A DNA stretch of 64,000 bases from Euglena gracilis (GCA_039621445.1 CP154954.1:36999703-37063702); one strand, 5' to 3'; positions 32,523 to 43,767 are shown, counted from the stretch's first letter. The notes: a model not told the origin generated them from the letters alone. Program-made: numbers and translations.

Positions 32523-35500
32523 TGGTTAGCAGAGGTTGGCTCACTGACTTCGTCAGTGAGGATTTTTCAGATCCGGTGAACATGGTAAGCAGAGGCAGTT
32601 TCACTGACTCTGTCTCTGAAAATTTTTCAGAAACGGTCAACTCGGTCACAGAGGATTGTTCTGTTGGCTGTGTCAGCAGAATGGTACACGAGAGCAGTTT
32701 GACCAACCCAGTTGTCCGTGAATTTTCAGAAGAATCTGCAGAAATCTGCTTGTTTTCAGATCATTCTGTCCGAGTTTCAGATTGTGGTGAAAATTTTCTG
32801 AGATCTGTGGCAGAAATCTATTTGCAGAACGAAAAGGAAACTGAGTTTTCTGCAGCCCAGTTTTCAGAATCTGTGGCATCATTGCAAATCGTGACGGAAT
32901 CTGTGGCAGAAAACAATTTTCAGGCTGCAGAAACTTTATCGTCTTCAGAATCTTCAGAAACGACACAGGAATTAGAATCTGATGCTGATTCTGGGAGGGG
33001 GTCAATTACATGCATAAGGCCCATCACGGTGGCAGGGCCAGAAAATTTTCAGCTGGTTCCACTGCACAGCAGTGATGAGGAACCAGACCCCCCAGCTTAC
33101 GAAAGTGAAACAGAGGAAGAAAAACAGGCTGAAAACGCAATAATTCAGGAAATGGTTACGCAAAGAATGAAAGCTGCTGGCATGTGGCCAGTAAATTTTT
33201 CAGGTTTTCAGCAAATTTCTGTGTCGTCACGAGACAGCAGCCCAGGGCCAGAACAAAAAATGTTGTGTTTAACAGCCCAGCCTGAACCATTGCTGTTAAC
33301 ACAGAGTTCAGAAACGCAGTCAGCACAGCCAGCTGCAGCCCAGCTGCAGGTTTTTCAGCCAGCCCAGCCGTTTTCGGCTGAGATGTCTGTCCCAGCCCAG
33401 ATGCCTGGACAGGTTTTTCACCCAGCCCAGCAGTTTTCGGCTGGGTCATCTGTCTCAGCAATCATGGGGCCAGCCCAGATGACTTCACAGGTTTTTCAGC
33501 CAGCCCAGCAGTTTTCGGCTGGGTCATCTGTTCCAGCAATCATGGGGCCAGCCGAGATGACTTCACAGGTTTTTCAGCCAGCCCAGCAGTTTTCGGCTGG
33601 GTCATCTGTCTCAGCAATCATGGGGCCAGCCCAGATGTGTGGGCAGGTTTTTCAGCCAGCGTTAACAATGTCTTCAAACACTGGCCCAGCCCAGGTTTTT
33701 CGACCAATTCAGCCAGATGTTTCACAGACCCAGCCACAAAATTTACAGCCAAATACCAGTTTTTCTGCAGAAACTGGGTCCGAAAACCCTGAAAATCAGC
33801 ATGATGTGGAAATGGAATCGGGCTATGGCCAATCTGATGATGATTGGAACAACTGGGGTGAAGAAATCAGTTGCAAAATTGAATGTTTACTTGGCAGGCT
33901 TTTGGTGCAGGAAGGAAAAAATCCTGAAAAAACGGCTGAAAATCTGGTGGGGGAGGCAGAAAACAGGCTAAATCGGGCATTGGCCATGTCACATGGGCAG
34001 ACATTGAATCTGGTCAATGAGGCATTGGGCATGCATGATAAGCGAATGGCTGATCACATTGCCATGGTGAAACGTGAAATTCAGGCTGAACTGAGTGCAT
34101 CTGTGAACGACTTGCTTTTGCAGTTTCAGCAAAATGGTGAAATGGTGCAAAATCTGGCCCAATGCCAAAGGCATTTGTTGAGTGTGGAAATGGAACGGCA
34201 GTTTGCTGAAAAAGTTAAGAAAGTGGAGGATGGAGTAAACACGTTTTTTGAGGCCCAGGTTGAGGGGTTGAGAAAAAATGAGAGGGATTTTTCTCAGAAG
34301 CTGTCGTTTTTGGAAAAATATGTGGGGGAGATGCACATGGTGGTGCAACAAGTGGGGGAGAAGGAAAAACAGCAGCAAATTGCTGTTAATCAGGTCAAAT
34401 CTGCAGTCGGTGAGCTAAGCTCTGGTCTGGAGGGACGCTTTGGGATCATTTTTCAGCAATGCAAAGGTTTGGGGGAGACTGAGTGTGCCAAATTTCAGGC
34501 GCAGGCCGAGAAATTGAAGGAATTTTCACAGTCCCTGGAGCGAGAGAGCAAAGCTCTGAATGATCGTTTAGGGAGGTTAGAGAATTTTCTGGGTCGGAAA
34601 GATTTTCCCATTGAAAAAGTCTGTGACCTGATTAACAAGAGTGAGGAAACAATTCGGTTGGAGGTGAAAAGGGATTTGGGGCTGCAAACGAGAAAGAATT
34701 TGGAGGTCATTATCAGTGAAATGTTGCAGGAAAGGTTGAGGCTGAGTGAAAGGGAGGGGCAGTTTGAGAAAGTTCGGGCTGAAATGGTAAATTCGATGAA
34801 ACAGCAGGTTGGAGTTTTACTGCAACAGCAGTGCGTTGAACTTCGAAGAGAACAGCAGGAGCGGAAAAAATTGCAACAAAAGCTGGATTTATTTCAGGCT
34901 GAGTTTTTGGTGATGGAAATTCAGCAAGCTGAATCTGCCAAATCTGCGACAGTGGATCTGACGAAGGAAACGAGAGAAAAATCAGCTGGAAACCCAGAAA
35001 TCGAAGAGTTTGATCTTTTTGGTTACAACGATTTACCTGTGATCGAGAAAAATCTGGTTGAAATTGAAGGCTATGAATACGCTGAACCAGGGTCACATGC
35101 GACACATGTCAGGCAGGTTTGTGCACGACCTGTGGGGGCAGTCCCTGCAGGTGCAGGGCTGGTTTCATCGAATGCAGTGGCAACACAACAATTGATGAAA
35201 AACCTGGTAGCTCCAAATTTTTCTGGACAGCCAAAAGACTGGTCGTCCTTTGTGCGGGATTGGGATCAATATTTCAGGACGTTGGTCATTTTGCAAAATG
35301 GACATATGTCTGATTCACTCAAGCTTCAGTTTTTTGCAATGACGCTGGACGACACAAATAAAAAGGAATTGCAAGTCCGACTGGAATTGAACGGAAAAAC
35401 ATCTTTCGAGGAGGAATTTGACAGGCTTGAAGGGAAATATGCTGGAACTCAATCCGAGTGTGCCAGAAAAAAATGGTATGATGTGAACCTCGTGAACCAA

Positions 35501-36478
35501 GGGAAAATTACCGTACAGGAATGGCGAGATTTTGTCATAAATTTCAGAATAGCCTGGAGACAGGTGAAAAGCGCCACTGACGATGAGGCAGAAAGACTGG
35601 TCAAGGGAAAACTGCCAAATTTCATTTTGCATTGGGTCGCCGATGAGGAGGAAAGGAAATCAACGTGTGGACCGAAAGTCAAAATGTACCCTGGAGTGCC
35701 TGCAACCGAGGAAAACATTATTTGTGCTGTGGAACGTGTCACTGGGGAAAAGCCCTGCAAGGTTTCGAAAGTTTCACCGCTGGAGTTCGAAGTCTTTTTG
35801 CCCAACACTACGATTTGCGACAAACTGAAAGAGGTCAGTGGGAAACCAATCACAGGCACGGATAAAAGGATCAAAATTGTGGAGAAACAGCCAAAAATGG
35901 GAGTTGAAGAAATTTTCCGTTTTGTTGAGCGAAAATTGTCATCCAGGGATTCTCAAGACATGATACACAGTTCCAGGGAGCCAAATGCATTTGGAAACCG
36001 GAGGGCCAGGTCTGCTAAGGCAGATCGGCTCAAGGGGTCCAGGACACCCTCCTCAACACGGTCAGCAAAGGGGGGCGAAACAGTGGCAAAACCGTCCGTT
36101 GGAAAATCACATTCACAGGTGGCAGCTCCTGCGACCAATGCAAACGTGAACCCCCCCGTGCAAAATCCAGTGCCAGTGGTTCGATCACAGTCATTACCAC
36201 CCCCCCAGCGATGTCAATTTGGCAATGGGGGGGGATGGAGAAATGATTCTAGGTGGAATTCCAATGCCAATGCCAATTTTCAGGGAAATCAGTGGTGGCA
36301 CTCAAATCAACAGATTTTTGATTCACAGTCTGGTGGTGGCAAAGGCAAAGGCAAAGGCAAGGGCAAAGGAAACAATTCTTGGGGGAAAGGAAACAATGGA
36401 AATGACTGGTCTAGGGGAAAGGGCCAGGATGGTGGAAAAGGCAAAGGAAAAGGAAGGGGGAAAGGAAACCGATGCTAG
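32336..36478 (+). CDS. gag: Gag of element 2 (1380-codon ORF): acidic/repeat N-terminus, long coiled coil, capsid-like domain, RRM-like insert, GKG-rich tail
   Basis: APNFSGQPKDWSSFVRDW capsid-type motif; 78-bp tandem repeats at ~33350-33660; position between PBS and pol. Confidence 0.85.
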   Translation: MKKKGVDLSPPTPGESAGPTPETPPPLSVVLPTGEDPPGPSARRDSAVAGATGGPGVADPVNMVSRGWLTDFVSEDFSDPVNMVSRGSFTDSVSENFSETVNSVTEDCSVGCVSRMVHESSLTNPVVREFSEESAEICLFSDHSVRVSDCGENFLRSVAEIYLQNEKETEFSAAQFSESVASLQIVTESVAENNFQAAETLSSSESSETTQELESDADSGRGSITCIRPITVAGPENFQLVPLHSSDEEPDPPAYESETEEEKQAENAIIQEMVTQRMKAAGMWPVNFSGFQQISVSSRDSSPGPEQKMLCLTAQPEPLLLTQSSETQSAQPAAAQLQVFQPAQPFSAEMSVPAQMPGQVFHPAQQFSAGSSVSAIMGPAQMTSQVFQPAQQFSAGSSVPAIMGPAEMTSQVFQPAQQFSAGSSVSAIMGPAQMCGQVFQPALTMSSNTGPAQVFRPIQPDVSQTQPQNLQPNTSFSAETGSENPENQHDVEMESGYGQSDDDWNNWGEEISCKIECLLGRLLVQEGKNPEKTAENLVGEAENRLNRALAMSHGQTLNLVNEALGMHDKRMADHIAMVKREIQAELSASVNDLLLQFQQNGEMVQNLAQCQRHLLSVEMERQFAEKVKKVEDGVNTFFEAQVEGLRKNERDFSQKLSFLEKYVGEMHMVVQQVGEKEKQQQIAVNQVKSAVGELSSGLEGRFGIIFQQCKGLGETECAKFQAQAEKLKEFSQSLERESKALNDRLGRLENFLGRKDFPIEKVCDLINKSEETIRLEVKRDLGLQTRKNLEVIISEMLQERLRLSEREGQFEKVRAEMVNSMKQQVGVLLQQQCVELRREQQERKKLQQKLDLFQAEFLVMEIQQAESAKSATVDLTKETREKSAGNPEIEEFDLFGYNDLPVIEKNLVEIEGYEYAEPGSHATHVRQVCARPVGAVPAGAGLVSSNAVATQQLMKNLVAPNFSGQPKDWSSFVRDWDQYFRTLVILQNGHMSDSLKLQFFAMTLDDTNKKELQVRLELNGKTSFEEEFDRLEGKYAGTQSECARKKWYDVNLVNQGKITVQEWRDFVINFRIAWRQVKSATDDEAERLVKGKLPNFILHWVADEEERKSTCGPKVKMYPGVPATEENIICAVERVTGEKPCKVSKVSPLEFEVFLPNTTICDKLKEVSGKPITGTDKRIKIVEKQPKMGVEEIFRFVERKLSSRDSQDMIHSSREPNAFGNRRARSAKADRLKGSRTPSSTRSAKGGETVAKPSVGKSHSQVAAPATNANVNPPVQNPVPVVRSQSLPPPQRCQFGNGGGWRNDSRWNSNANANFQGNQWWHSNQQIFDSQSGGGKGKGKGKGKGNNSWGKGNNGNDWSRGKGQDGGKGKGKGRGKGNRC
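32523..32595 (+). promoter_or_regulatory. PBS (TGGTTAGCAGAGG) with a second copy 60 bp downstream (TGGTAAGCAGAGG)
   Basis: Both follow CCGGTGAACA; the second is identical to the PBS core of element 1. Confidence 0.75.
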
Positions 36479-36496
36479 GACAGCCGGGGTGGACCG

Positions 36497-37888
36497 TTGG
36501 GGGCGGGAGCCGCCCCGGGCTCGCATACCCAGCCCCACACAAAGACATACGCAAATCCCAGGTGGCAAGAAAACTCTCGTGCGAGTGAAACCACGATGAA
36601 AAATCTGCCATCCCAGGAGAGCTCTGGACAAGGTGTGTCCAGTGTGTCGGGTGTGTGTGTGCGTGACGTGCAAATCTGTGACTCGTCCCAAATCTGTAAA
36701 AAATCAGATCCCATAAGGGATCGTGCACAGCCTTCCGTAAAGAAAAGAGCTTTAGACCTTTTTTGCGGTAAAGGCTCGGTTGGGGATTGCCTGAGAGAGC
36801 AGGGGTTTAAGGTTGTGTCAGTGGACATAAACCCCAGATTTAACCCAACCCACTGTGCAAATATTTTGGAGTGGAGATATTGCAGGTACCCCCCCGGATA
36901 TTTTCAGATCATCGCTGCGGGGGTGCCCTGTACAGAATATAGCTTGGCCAAAACGTTGGGAGTCAGAAATTTGGAGGGGGCAGATCGGCTGGTCAAAAAA
37001 ACTTTGGAGATTGTCGAATATTTCAAACCAAAGTTGTGGTGGATTGAAAATCCCCGTCATGGACTTTTACGCAAAAGACCTTGTGTTCAAAATCTGACTT
37101 TTGTCCATGTTGATTATTGTCAATTTTCAGATTGGGGATATCAAAAACCCACCCGAATCTGGGGGAGCGAAAATCTGAGCAAGCTACAAAACAAACTTTG
37201 TGATGGCCAGACCTTCCCGAATTTGATTCCTGGGGGGAGGAGTCACCGAGAAAAGTTGGGAGGATATGGAATGACAGTTGGCACCCAGAAAAAATGGAGG
37301 ATGCCCAAACAACTGGTGGAGTATTTGTTAACCGTGTTGGAACGAAAAAGCGGATATCGTAGGGAGGATTATGCTGTTAGGAAAGTTTGTATGGAGGAAA
37401 TTGAGAAGGAATTTCGGGTTAAGGCGGAACGGGATTGTTTTGCAACCAGCCAAAATGCCAGGTGTGAAAAGTTTTACGGGGAGGATGATGATGCCATGAA
37501 AAAGGATTGGGGGGCGGACGAAACGTTGTGGATGAACCCCCCCTGGACTTTGTGGCCTGAGGTGGCTGAAAAATTGCAAAATTCCAATTGTATTTGCCCA
37601 GACTGGAATAGGAGGTGGGTGAAAAATCTGGTGGCTATGGCTGTCAAAAAGATTTATTTTCCCAAGGGGACAAAGTTGTTTGAGGCTGATGGGAGGATTT
37701 TGAGGGGTACCCGTTGGGGGCTGTGGGCCTTGTTGATTGATAGAAGGCAACCCTCCCAGGGGGGGGGCAGCCCCAGGGAAGAAAAAATTGGTGCGGCTGA
37801 AAAAAAGAATGTTGAGGGGGACAAAAACTCGGGGAGGATCGAAGAAACTCGGGGAGGACAGACAACTTCTGTTAAAAACCCAGATTAA
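36497..37888 (+). CDS. Fused C5-cytosine methyltransferase (~36745-37330) and NPPW amino-methyltransferase (~37355-37745)
   Basis: DLFCGKG, SVD, AGVPC, WIENP, YQKPTRIW, MPKQLVEYLL; then RDCFATSQNARC...DAMKKDW...LWMNPPW...ICPDW. Confidence 0.88.
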   Translation: MGAGAAPGSHTQPHTKTYANPRWQENSRASETTMKNLPSQESSGQGVSSVSGVCVRDVQICDSSQICKKSDPIRDRAQPSVKKRALDLFCGKGSVGDCLREQGFKVVSVDINPRFNPTHCANILEWRYCRYPPGYFQIIAAGVPCTEYSLAKTLGVRNLEGADRLVKKTLEIVEYFKPKLWWIENPRHGLLRKRPCVQNLTFVHVDYCQFSDWGYQKPTRIWGSENLSKLQNKLCDGQTFPNLIPGGRSHREKLGGYGMTVGTQKKWRMPKQLVEYLLTVLERKSGYRREDYAVRKVCMEEIEKEFRVKAERDCFATSQNARCEKFYGEDDDAMKKDWGADETLWMNPPWTLWPEVAEKLQNSNCICPDWNRRWVKNLVAMAVKKIYFPKGTKLFEADGRILRGTRWGLWALLIDRRQPSQGGGSPREEKIGAAEKKNVEGDKNSGRIEETRGGQTTSVKNPD

Positions 37889-40800
37889 GTTGGCAAATGG
37901 GGAGGAAAAAACGGCCAGAATTTTGATTGATACGGTGGCTGAAGCAAACCTCATTCGACAAGGGTTGATAGGGGACCACCTAATGTATCCTGCTAAGGAC
38001 CCGTTAAGGTTTGAAACTGCCAATGGGCAAACTTTGGCGGGGGGGGAGCAGATGTGCAAAGGTGAAAATGATCCTTCAACAAAATTGGAATGAGGAAAGG
38101 GAAATTGAGAGTGTGGAATATGAGGTTGAATTTTATGAGGCAAACATCAAAGTTGATGCAATTCTTTCTTATCCATGGTTGGCAGAAGCAAAACTGGGAA
38201 TTTTTCCACACCACAAGGCGTTGGTGAAAGACAGCCCCGACCTGATTTTTTTGCGGGGTGTTGAAAGACGGAGGGGTCCGCAAAAATTCAGGGATGACAC
38301 AAATTTTTCAGTGGACAATGTGACTGTGGCGGACGGGTCTTCGTTTGGGTTGCAAAAACTTGGTCTTTGTTTGCCTTTAGAAGGGTTGGACCAGGAATTG
38401 CAATTTTTGAGCGATGAGGACCTGGGGGAGGTTGCCACAAATTTGGAGGGAAGTGACCCCCCAGTGCAAGTTATCAACCGAATGATAATTGCAAGGGAGG
38501 GGGAGGACAAAAAAGAGGAGGAACGGGTTGTAAATTTGAGGGAACAAGTTTTGGAAGATTACAGGGGGACGGTATTTCGGTCATCGCCATTTCCAGACCC
38601 CCCCGAAAGAGGACAATATGGTTATGCATACATACCGCTGAAGGAGGGGGCAAAACCAACCAGACAGAAGCCTTTTTTCATGCACGGTGAGAGGAAAGAG
38701 GCACTTGAAAAACTCACCCAAGACTGGCTTGACAAAAAATACATTGAGCCAGCCACAGCCAAAAATTCAGAATGGCCGTCCCAGACTTTTCCAGTTCCAA
38801 AAAAATCCAACGATTTTCCTTGGAGGGGGGTGGTGGACCTCAGGAGCCCAAACAGCCAAACAAGGCGATGCAACTACCCCCTACACAAAATTGAAGACAT
38901 TTTGGTCAAACATGGTGCAAACCAAATGTTTTCGATCATCGATTTGAAGCAAGCTTTTCATCAACAACCCCTACACCCAGAAAGTCGACCCATAACGTGT
39001 TGTTTCAACCCCAAAGGGATTTTTCAGTGGAGGGTGAATGTAATGGGTTTGACAAATGCCCCCCAGCAATTTCAGCAAATGATCGATGACCGTTTGACAC
39101 CAGTAAGGGATATCGCCACAGGGTACATAGACGACATAATGGTGGGGACAACGGTCGGGGAAGGGGAGGACCTGGTGGGGGCACACGAAAAAGATTTGAG
39201 GAGGGTGTTGGAGGTGCTCAAAACGGAACTTTTGGTGGCTGATGAATTCAAAGCCAAACTTTTTGTGGAGGAGGTTGAATTTTGTGGACAAATTTTAGGA
39301 AACGGGACTAGGAGTCCTGCACCGGGAAAGTTACGAGCGATCGAAAAGTGGGAGGTTCCAAAAACAATTACGGCTTTAAGAGCCTTTTTGGGATTCACAA
39401 ATTATTACAATGCATACATTCACATGTATGCGGAAGTAGCTGCCCGGCTGCAAGACAAATTGAAAGTCCCCAGGGAGGTGGGAAAGAAAGGAAGTCGAAA
39501 GCCTGTGGAATTTGATGGGGAGGATTTAAAAGCTTTTGAGGAGCTGAAAAAAAGATTGTGTTCGGGCCTAATGTTTCAACGGGTAGACCCAGATAAACCC
39601 TTTGTGCTAAGGGTTGATGCCAGTGGGTACGCCGTGGGGGCAACGTTAGAGCAAATGAAGGAGGGGGGAGGAAGACCCACAGCCCAGGATGTGATTGAGA
39701 AAAAACTGTGCCAGTGGCTTTTATGTCTCGAAAATTGACCGAGGGGCAAAGAAAATGGACCCCCAGGGAGTTGGAGACGTACGCCATAATTTTGGCACTA
39801 CAAAAATGGGAGAGTTGGATTGGATTGCAACCCGTTTTGGTTTTAACCGACCACCAAAGTTTGGAGTCTTGGACAAGGGAGGTCTTAGACACCCCCAGTG
39901 GTCCGGTTGGGAGGAGGGCGAGATGGCATCAAATTTTCTGCAAGTATGACTTGACGGTGGGATATATCCCAGGTAAAGAAAATACCATAGCCGATATCCT
40001 TAGTCGGTGGGCATACCCAGCTTCACAGGCCCCAATTTTATCCGGGAGGAAAAAGAAGAGGAGAAACAGTGTTTGGAGATAAGAATCAAAAACCAGCCCA
40101 ATTTACGTAATGCCTGGATACGGGGGGTGACAACCCGTAGTGGCAAAAACGTAACACCCGAGGAGGAAAAAGGAGAGTGCACAAGGAGGGGAACCGAGGG
40201 TGGGGTAGACCCAGGAGGAAAAGACACCCCTGTGGACACCCACTCACAAGGGCCCAGGAAAGAAAAGAAACGAGTTCATTTTTGGGATGAGAAAGTGGGG
40301 GGGGGAGACGACCCCTGTCCCGGAGACGGCTGAAAGTTCGAGGGGGGACACTCGTATGGAAGTGGGGGACGCCCTGCCAAGTACGACCCCTAAGGATATT
40401 AAGCCCGTATGGGAGCGTGATTGGGGGGAAGCATATTCCCGATGCCCCACATGGAAAGAAAAATGGGAGGCTACCAAAGGTGGTTCAGTTTGGCCCAAAA
40501 GCTATAAAGTCTTGAACGGTCAACTGTTTTTTGGGGAAAAGTTGTGTGTGCCTGAAAGTTTCCAACCCTTGGTGATTCAAGAAAATCACGAGTTTCTGGG
40601 GCACGTTGGCCCTGAAAAAGTTTGAAAACACATGACAATCCGTTTTGTTTGGGCTGATGAAAAGGCTGCAAAGCAACTCAACCAAAATTGCAGCAAAAAT
40701 TGTTCCACATGCCAAGCGAGTGTGAGGGGGGAGAGTTTGAAAGGACCGATCGAGTCCACACCCATACCCCCTGCACTAATGACAAGTGTTGCCATCGATT

Positions 40801-41887
40801 TGTTTCGGATGCCAAGGGTTTTACACGATGGGGGGGAGTATGACACCCTAGCCCTTTGTGTGGATAGGCATTCGGGTTGGATTGTGGGGGTTGCATGCAA
40901 GGACAAGGGATTAACCGGTGCCAAGTTGGCTAAGGAAATGGTGAAAAATCAGTGGAGGCCTTTTGGGGTTCCCTCGGTCGCAAGTGACCAAGGGAGCCAT
41001 TTCACAAGCACTTGGTGGAAAAACATGTGTGCGCTTTTGGGGATTAGGCAAGCGTATTCCCAAGCATACCACCACCAAGCAAACGGGAGGGTTGAGAGAG
41101 CCGGACAACAGGTAATGGAGGTGTTGAGAAAATTGTATGTGGAGGAAAAAATTAATTGGGTTGAAGCTTTACCCCAAGTTTTGGACCGAATTCATGACGT
41201 AAAAGGTGAAAGTGGATTGAGCCCATGAAATTGGGACTGTAAGAGAAAGGCCATTGGCAGGGGTACCCTACCAACCACCCAAAGAATGTGAGGATTCGGT
41301 GGAGTTTTTCCGAAGGATGCAAGACATTGATGGGAGGGTGGCTAGGATACTCAACAAAAAGCATGAGGAGGAGGTGGCAAGGATAAATAAGGGGAGGAAA
41401 GAAATGGAACCCCTAAAGGTGGGGACGACGGTTTGGTATAGGAGACCGACCCGAGGGGTCGGGTGAGAAGCTTGACTCTAGGTGGGTGGGACCTGGGGTC
41501 GTGAAGGGTAGAGAAGGGGAACGGAGTTATGTAATTGAGATGAAATCTGGGGTGGAGACAAAAGCTCATAGGAGATTTTTGAAGGAGTATCGGGAACCCC
41601 AAGTGGAAGGTAAGGGGGTGCCTCTTTTTTACTATAAACGGACCGAAAAAGAAGAAGAGGCATTACCTGATGAGTGGGAGGTTGAAAAAATTCTAAGGCA
41701 CCGAAAAGGAAAAGATGGAAAATGGGAATTTTTGACCAAGTGGGTCGGATATGAGGACGGGGAGGAGACTTGGGAACCGGCAGGAAATTTCATTCACCGT
41801 TTCAGTGGGGAGTTTGTGAGGTATTGTCGTGAGAAAAAAGTGAAAATGGACATAATGTCCGAACTTAAAATTGACGGTGGGCCGTAG
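37770..41887 (+). pseudogene. pol: Pol of element 2 (PR-RT-RH-IN-chromodomain), frameshifted and with stops
   Basis: ILIDTVA (DTG altered), YIDD, VDAS, LTDH, HHCC/DDE integrase motifs, WEVEKIL...FLTKWVGY...TWEP; split over ORFs starting at 37737, 38011, 39708, 40007, 40287, 40632, 41254, 41486. Confidence 0.93.
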
Positions 41888-42312
41888 GCTCTAAGGTGAG
41901 CCATAAGGCCCTGTCAAAGGCTCTACGGCGAGCCAAGTGGGAAGGCAAAGTGCTGTTTTTAACCGAACACCAAAATTCAAAAGCCGGCTTTGCACGTCCG
42001 TGTGGGTGTTTGTGCGCACATGCGCACGGGAGTGTGAAAGGAAGAATGTACAAAGGCAAGCATTTGAGAATGTGAGAATGGAGAAAGATAGAAAAAGGCC
42101 CTGCAAGGGGGCCGGGGCACCACAGTATATTCGCTGCACGTTCGCTATATTGCCGTCCGCTGTCTCCCTTCCCTTCCTCTACCTTACCCCGCTGCCCTTA
42201 CACCTTACCCCACATTGCCGTCACGTCCCATATGGTGGTGTTGTAAGGATTCCTTTTCAAAGCATCGGATATGTGGATGATGTGGTTGGGAGTCCATGGT
42301 CACATAATGAGC

Positions 42313-42700
42313 CCCCCCATCGGTTTGACAAATATCCCCCCGGCCCGAGGAGGGGGGGGGGCGTTTGCTTTTTGGACAAAAAGCCCCCCGCCCCGAGGGG
42401 GGGGGGGGGGCGTTTGAATTTTTAAAAAATCCCCCGGCCCGAGGAGGGGGGGGGGGCGTTTGATTTTTGGATAAAAACCCCCCCGGCCCGAGGAGGGGGG
42501 GGGCGCTTGAGCTTTTGGACAAAAATACCTTTGGCCCGAGGAGGGGGGGGCCAACCGAATTTTTACCAAAAATCCCCCGACGCGAAGGGGGGGGGGGCGC
42601 CAACCGAATTTTTACCAAAAAATCCCCCAACCCGTTGGAAGGGGGGGGCAGAACTTGGTGAAGACCCTCATACCACCCGTGAGAAGCGGGGGGGGGGGCA
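42313..42700 (+). repeat. ~47-bp tandem repeat array in the 3' UTR of element 2
   Basis: About seven units of AAAANCCCCCCGGCCCGAGGAG(n)CGTTTGNTTTTT. Confidence 0.85.
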
Positions 42701-42916
42701 GCCTAATATTCATTGGTTGGTGAACCAAGTCTTTCCCAAAGGTTTGAAGGCACTTGAAAGCCATAGTCCCTGAAGTTTGTTTCGCATTTGTTGATTCAAG
42801 GGAGAAGGGGTGTGGGACATAGGTTTTGTATGAAAGAGTGCCGAATGGTGGATTTCCCCCCCCGTTGTTGAGGAACGGGGGGGGGGGACGAATTTTTGGT
42901 GTCCGACTAAGGTCGC

Positions 42917-42927
42917 AAGGGAGAGGG
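42917..42927 (+). promoter_or_regulatory. Polypurine tract of element 2
   Basis: AAGGGAGAGGG abutting the 3' LTR. Confidence 0.85.
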
Positions 42928-43767
42928 TGTCGGCCGCCGGCTTTCGCCGGCAGCCAAAAAAATGCCAGAAGGTGCAAATTACAAAGTCGCGGGTAACAGC
43001 CAATCAGTTAAAAAAACCCGCGACTTAAATTGGAAGCGGGTCAAATTTCGAAGCGCCTTCGAATTTGTTTTTTTTCACAGAACTTGAGGTGTTTTCCCCA
43101 ATATTTGGCAAGAAGGAATACTATTGTATTGAATTTGGCAATTGGACTTTGATTTGGAGTGGCAAGTTGAGTTTCATTGTTGGTCATTGATTCATTGAAG
43201 TCAATTGAATTGAAGGAACCTTTAACACCACCGCCCACCCTCCTATATCTTCACCTTCGCCTCCGCTTTCACCCCCGACGACCACTCCTTGCCCCAAGGT
43301 TTGCACATTCCATACATTCACATTTCACAGTTTTCGGTTTCAAGTGTCTTCTCATTAAAGTTTCAGAGTTTCAGAAATCAAGTTTCTTTCAGTTTTTGAC
43401 TTCAAAAGTTTCAAGCTCCAGTGGGTTGGTTTTGCTCACAAGGTGTGCAAGGGAGAGAGAGAGAGAGAGAAAAGTGAGATTTGCAAGCAAAATGGCAGAT
43501 TTTTCGATTTTAAGCAAAATTTCGGAAACCGTTCAAAAAACGATCCTACGCACCGGCTGGGGTTGGGGAAACCACCTGGGTGAAAAAAGGGGTTGACTTG
43601 AGCCCACCAACTCCCGGAGAAAGCGCAGGCCCCACCCCGGAAACACCCCCCCCCCCCCCTGTCGGTGGTCCTCCCCACCGGCGAGGACCCCCCGGGGCCC
43701 TCGGCCCGAAGGGACTCGGCGGTCGCGGGGGCGACCGGCGGCCCGGGGGTGGCGGACCCGGTGAACA
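42928..43767 (+). repeat. 3' LTR of element 2
   Basis: Direct repeat of 31687-32522. Confidence 0.95.

Larger units (their letters stand above)
31687..43767 (+). mobile_element. Full-length Ty3/gypsy chromodomain LTR retrotransposon (element 2) carrying tandem C5-cytosine and amino (N6A/N4C-type) methyltransferase domains
   Basis: TG...CA LTRs 31687-32522 and 42928-43767; 4-bp TSD ACAC (31683-31686, 43768-43771); PBS; PPT; pol clearly homologous to element 1. Confidence 0.95.
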
